From Aulosira sp. ZfuVER01 (GTDB lineage: Bacteria; Cyanobacteriota; Cyanobacteriia; Cyanobacteriales; Nostocaceae), in assembly GCA_034530615.2 (NCBI GenBank), contig JAVRCV020000055.1, positions 39,617 to 103,616 of the forward strand: a DNA stretch of 64,000 nucleotides, read 5' to 3'. The position numbers were made by a program, and so were the translations under genes. Positions 59,934-64,000 of the stretch are shown here, one piece after another; the first letter of the stretch is position 1, and each line of letters begins with the position of its first letter. Under the pieces are notes generated by a model. It made no database searches and had not been told where the DNA came from. It saw nothing but the letters and a program-made list of their open reading frames with translations.

Positions 59934-61571
59934 TTAGGAGGATGCGATCGCCAATTCCTTCTTTATCCCTAATCCCTCACTTCTCACCCAGACTCGATCC
60001 AAACCCCCACTAACTAAATAATGTTGCTGATTTGCATCCATCTCTGGATAATCTTGATGTTTGTGCATCCCGCGACTTTCTTTCCGTTGTAGGGCACTGC
60101 TGTACATCCATCTAGCTGTAGCCACCATTGCAGCAGCTTCTCGCACCTGAAGAATTTGAGAATTCGCAGCTTGACTAGTACGAATCTCTTTCCAAAGACG
60201 ATCTAATCTCTGCAATGATTCAGTCAAACCTTGTTCGTTACGGAAATAATTGCGATCGTAGGGAAAAACTTCTGCTTGTGTTGCTTGGATGACTTCTTCA
60301 GCTTTAATCTTATGTTTACTACCGTTTGCCAATCCTGCTTCACCAACTGCTTCTACAGGGCGTTGCTGACCCCACTCTCCCAAATTCCGGGCGTACTCAG
60401 CCGCAGATTTCCCCGCCCAGTAACCGGAAGATATCGCCCATGCTGCATTATGACTACCACCACCAGTAAAGCCACCGCAAATTAATTCTCTGGTAGCAGC
60501 ATCACCAGCTGCATAAAGCCCTGGAACTGATGCAGCACAGGTAGAATCAACGATGCGAATCCCACCCGTACCGCGTACTGTGCCTTCTAAACGCAAAGTC
60601 ACAGGGAAGCGTTGGCTAAAGGGATCGATACCTACGCGATCGAATGGTAAGAAGAAATTAGGCTGTGCTTTGCGCATATATGCCTGCATATCTTCAGTTG
60701 CTCGATCTAAGATGGCATAGACTGGCTGTGTCAACAGAGTGTTAGCAATTACTGAACGCCCTCGTTGTGAACCAGCATCAGGTATTGGTGTGCCGTCTTC
60801 GTAGGTAAAAGTTGCCCAATTGTAGAATAGAGTCTTGGTGACTGAGGAAAAAGCGGGAGAGATGCCATATGCGTTAGAAAACTCCATCCCTGACATCTCC
60901 GCACCCGCCTCTGCTGCCATGAGGTATCCATCCCCAGTTAAGACATTGCAACCTAGTGCTTTGCTCAAAAAAGCACACCCACCTGTGGCAATGATGACTG
61001 AGTTGGCGCGTACAACCCATTGCTTGCTTGTCTGACGGTTTATGCCTGTTGCCCCAGCAACTGCGCCTTCTGCGTCTACTAATAGTTGCAATGCGGGACT
61101 ATTATCTAAAATTGTTACCCCCGCCCGTTTGATTTGCTTCCGCATCAGGCGCATATATTCAGGCCCTTGTAGACTTCGCCGATAGGGTTTTCCCTCTTCA
61201 TCAACAGGAAAAGGATAGCCCCATTCTGCTAATAGGTTGACGTTGGTATATGTCTGATTTAATACCTGCTGCATCCAATCGCGATTGGATAGAAATCCTC
61301 CCAAAGCTTCCCGACTGGACATTGCAGCTTCTCTCGCTTCCTTATCTGGTGGTACATACCACACACCATTACCTGATGCTGCTGCACAGCCACTCGTACC
61401 ACAATAGCCTTTATCAACCAAAACAACTCTTGCACCAGTAGATGCCGCACTCCAAGCAGCCCAAGTTCCAGCCGGGCCACCACCAATCACGAGAACATCT
61501 GTCTGTAAGTTGGGATCGACATCAATATCGATAGTAGATGAATTCTGCGATCGCCAATGGTAACTACTCAT
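59934..61571 (-). CDS. SdhA/FrdA/AprA-family FAD-dependent oxidoreductase
   Basis: GGGPAG, IATGG, TGDG, GLYAAGD and RKESRG.H...DYP motifs. Confidence 0.9.
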   Translation of the reverse strand: MSSYHWRSQNSSTIDIDVDPNLQTDVLVIGGGPAGTWAAWSAASTGARVVLVDKGYCGTSGCAAASGNGVWYVPPDKEAREAAMSSREALGGFLSNRDWMQQVLNQTYTNVNLLAEWGYPFPVDEEGKPYRRSLQGPEYMRLMRKQIKRAGVTILDNSPALQLLVDAEGAVAGATGINRQTSKQWVVRANSVIIATGGCAFLSKALGCNVLTGDGYLMAAEAGAEMSGMEFSNAYGISPAFSSVTKTLFYNWATFTYEDGTPIPDAGSQRGRSVIANTLLTQPVYAILDRATEDMQAYMRKAQPNFFLPFDRVGIDPFSQRFPVTLRLEGTVRGTGGIRIVDSTCAASVPGLYAAGDAATRELICGGFTGGGSHNAAWAISSGYWAGKSAAEYARNLGEWGQQRPVEAVGEAGLANGSKHKIKAEEVIQATQAEVFPYDRNYFRNEQGLTESLQRLDRLWKEIRTSQAANSQILQVREAAAMVATARWMYSSALQRKESRGMHKHQDYPEMDANQQHYLVSGGLDRVWVRSEGLGIKKELAIASS

Positions 61572-62157
61572 TGCATTCCTCGCCTCAATATTTGAGTTTA
61601 GGTACTACACAAAAACTTGGATGATAATGCCAACTGCAATGATGAGAATCAAAACAGTTAATCGATGCATATCCTACTTGGGCTGGCATCTACAGTACCA
61701 CAAACTCCGGTTTATTGGTCAAGATATAGTATTTTACTTACAATTAAGCCTTGCATAATTTTTTTGGAAAATCAAGGGTTGTTTTGATAAAAATTACAAA
61801 TGATCTTTAAAGGCTTGCTTTTTTAGCATTTATATGGGATTATTGCAGCTTAAATTAGAGTATTTTGGGTAAATTCTAATTTTTTTAGCTGTATTGCTTT
61901 AGCTAAGATTGATATCTTTTAATTTGTGAATTTTTCTAAAAAAGAATCACCAAATGCAGGTGGAAAAATCTCTTGAACCTGCATATTTGTGTTTCGGTAG
62001 ACATTGCCCAACCAGCCCTTTCAACGCGAACAAATGAACGGGCTGGCAATACCCACCCTACTAGAAATTATAGTCAGGCGATCGCACTTTGAAAAACAAC
62101 ACTAAAGTGCTGACTACGAATTTTTCATCTGAGTTATTTGCCAGTGGAGAACATCCT

Positions 62158-62352
62158 ATGTCAGTAGATCCCAATTCTCAAAAAATTTCCGAACAAACGG
62201 TACAACCGCTAACGCCATTAGCAATTAGCTTGAGTGGGGTAAATACTTGCCAATTGGCGATTCCAGTACCGCCTACCCTCGATAGTGCTGAACAAGCGGC
62301 AGAATTCCTAGAAATTGCTTGGCAATTGGTATTCTCAGAGATGAAAAGCTAA
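62158..62352 (+). CDS. Small hypothetical protein
   Basis: GGAG upstream of ATG 62158; no recognised motif. Confidence 0.4.
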   Translation: MSVDPNSQKISEQTVQPLTPLAISLSGVNTCQLAIPVPPTLDSAEQAAEFLEIAWQLVFSEMKS

Positions 62353-63289
62353 CGTTCCGCGAACAATTTGAAGGTTTCAGCTTCACCAAATTTGATGGCA
62401 CAAAAGTCAGGATTTAATTGCCATTAGGTTAAGAGGGAACATTTGGAAGAATCTCTATCAATATTTGGGGCTAAATTTCTCTTCTGCTCATCCTCTTTTT
62501 TTAGCAAAAATCTTGCTCTCAAGACAGAGTGAATAACGCGATCGCTTTTTCTATGAGAGCGAAATAGTGTAGTTATCAACACATTTTTTGACTTTTTTTA
62601 TAAAAATATACTTGCCTTTTTTACCTGCCTATGTGAGACTACTAGAAATAAACTACTAAATATCTACCAACTTATAGTATTTTGTAGTTAATGCCTACTC
62701 TTATCCTATGAGTTAGACAATACACTGCTTAATCGTTGATTACCCGCCCACTTGTATAGTCATTTTGCCTCCGCTAGTGAAGCGTTGCGTAAATCCCTAG
62801 TCCTCAGGCGACTAACGTAGCGCTTCCCTTCCCTCAAATAGTTTTAAAAAAAGTTAGTCTTTACTACTTAGCAAACTTCAACATACATGGCATAAGGGAA
62901 GAGAATTTGTTCCTCTGAAAAAGAGCGACATTTTTCTTCATCCCATTTCCTAACTCCCTTGCCATCCTAAACTTTACACAGCCATGAATCAAAAATTAAC
63001 AATATTTTTCAAGCACAATTTTATCTTAGGTTTAGCCCACCTTAATTTTTTAATTCTAAATTGAGCGTTCGCTATATATATCTATATTTATTTTCTTCAA
63101 AACAATATTCTATTACATCAATATCTAATTTTTTATAGTGCTTTTAGCTGAGGCTTAACAACATCGTATGAAATCTAAAATCAGAATCACAAAAATATTT
63201 TTAAATACTCTAAATTGTTAGCTTATGGTATTTAAAACTGTCCAATTTGGTTTTTGCCAATCGTTTCAAAAGCAGAGGTTAAACAATTA

Positions 63290-63985
63290 ATGCAAAATCT
63301 GAAAGATAAATTCCAATCTTGGAAACGCGGACGTATTACTCGTCGTTCAGCGCTATTTGGGCTTGGTTATAGCTTAGTGTTATCGACAACACTATTGAGT
63401 TGCAGTACGCCTGATAAAAATACTCAAAAACAAGCAGATTCATCTTCATCTAATACAACTAATACAACCAACACAGCTAGTACATCTACAGCTAGTAGCG
63501 GTCAAAAACTAATTAGAATTGTACGTTCTAAACAACTGACTGCCTTAGCGGTTCTAGAAAAACAAGGCAATTTAGAAAAAAGATTAGCAGACCTTGGTTA
63601 TAAGCTTGAATGGCCTGAGTTCGCTGCGGGGCCACAACAATTAGAAGCATTAAACGCCAACGGTCTGGATATTGCTTCCACAGCAGAATCACCCCCTGTT
63701 TTTGCTCAATCAGCCGGAACACCTTTAGTATATTTAGCTGCTAATTCTACTGATGGTAAAGCAGTTTCGCTCTTAGTTCCTAACAACTCGACTGTTAAAA
63801 GTATCAAGGACTTGAAAGGTAAAAAAGTTGCTTTTCAAAAAGCATCTATTGGTCATTACCTATTAGTCAGAGCTTTAGAAAAAGAAGGGTTAAAGCTTAC
63901 TGATGTACAGTCAGTTTTTCTCCCACCTCCAGATGCGAATGCAGCATTTAATCCCTCTTTTGTTACTTCAGGGAAAGAAAAATAG
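63290..63985 (+). pseudogene. SsuA-like aliphatic sulfonate-binding lipoprotein, apparently C-terminally truncated
   Basis: TRR..L and LLSC signal, EFAAGP..LEAL, LKGKKVA and PPDANAAF, then a stop 11 codons later; the expected DAW..W.P region is absent. Confidence 0.7.
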
Positions 63986-64000
63986 TCAGAAATTCAACTG

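Noticed and set aside
59648..60013. ORFs 59648-59869 and 59780-60013
   Set aside because: Translations of repeat stacks.
62690..62835. Possible SAM riboswitch upstream of the ssuA-like gene (begins CTCTTATC)
   Set aside because: The remaining SAM-I core elements could not be found; an Rfam scan would be needed.

Overview
Chromosomal window from a filamentous cyanobacterium, probably Nostocales (abundant HIP1 GCGATCGC octamers, short tandem repeats, small dispersed repeats, lysA-cdaA-uppS synteny). From left to right it holds: two DUF2231 membrane genes; the decayed remains of a type III CRISPR-Cas locus (about 1.85-4.4 kb); housekeeping genes (an EF-G paralogue, uppS, cdaA, lysA, rimI, clpC) with HicAB and GNAT/RHH toxin-antitoxin pairs; a phosphate-scavenging island with a Pho-box-like site; several internally deleted pseudogenes; a roughly 16 kb hybrid RiPP cluster (38.9-54.5 kb); a nested IS5/group II intron scar; and an organosulfur uptake/oxidoreductase region. 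The RiPP cluster is the best candidate for an undescribed system. It has eight double-glycine precursors in three leader classes, a PlpXY-like radical SAM splicease, a kinase plus HopA1-like dehydratase pair whose cognate cores lack Cys, an atypical aldo-keto reductase, a Cys8 protein, two rotamases and a C39-peptidase type I exporter. All family assignments come from motif recognition by eye; no searches were run.
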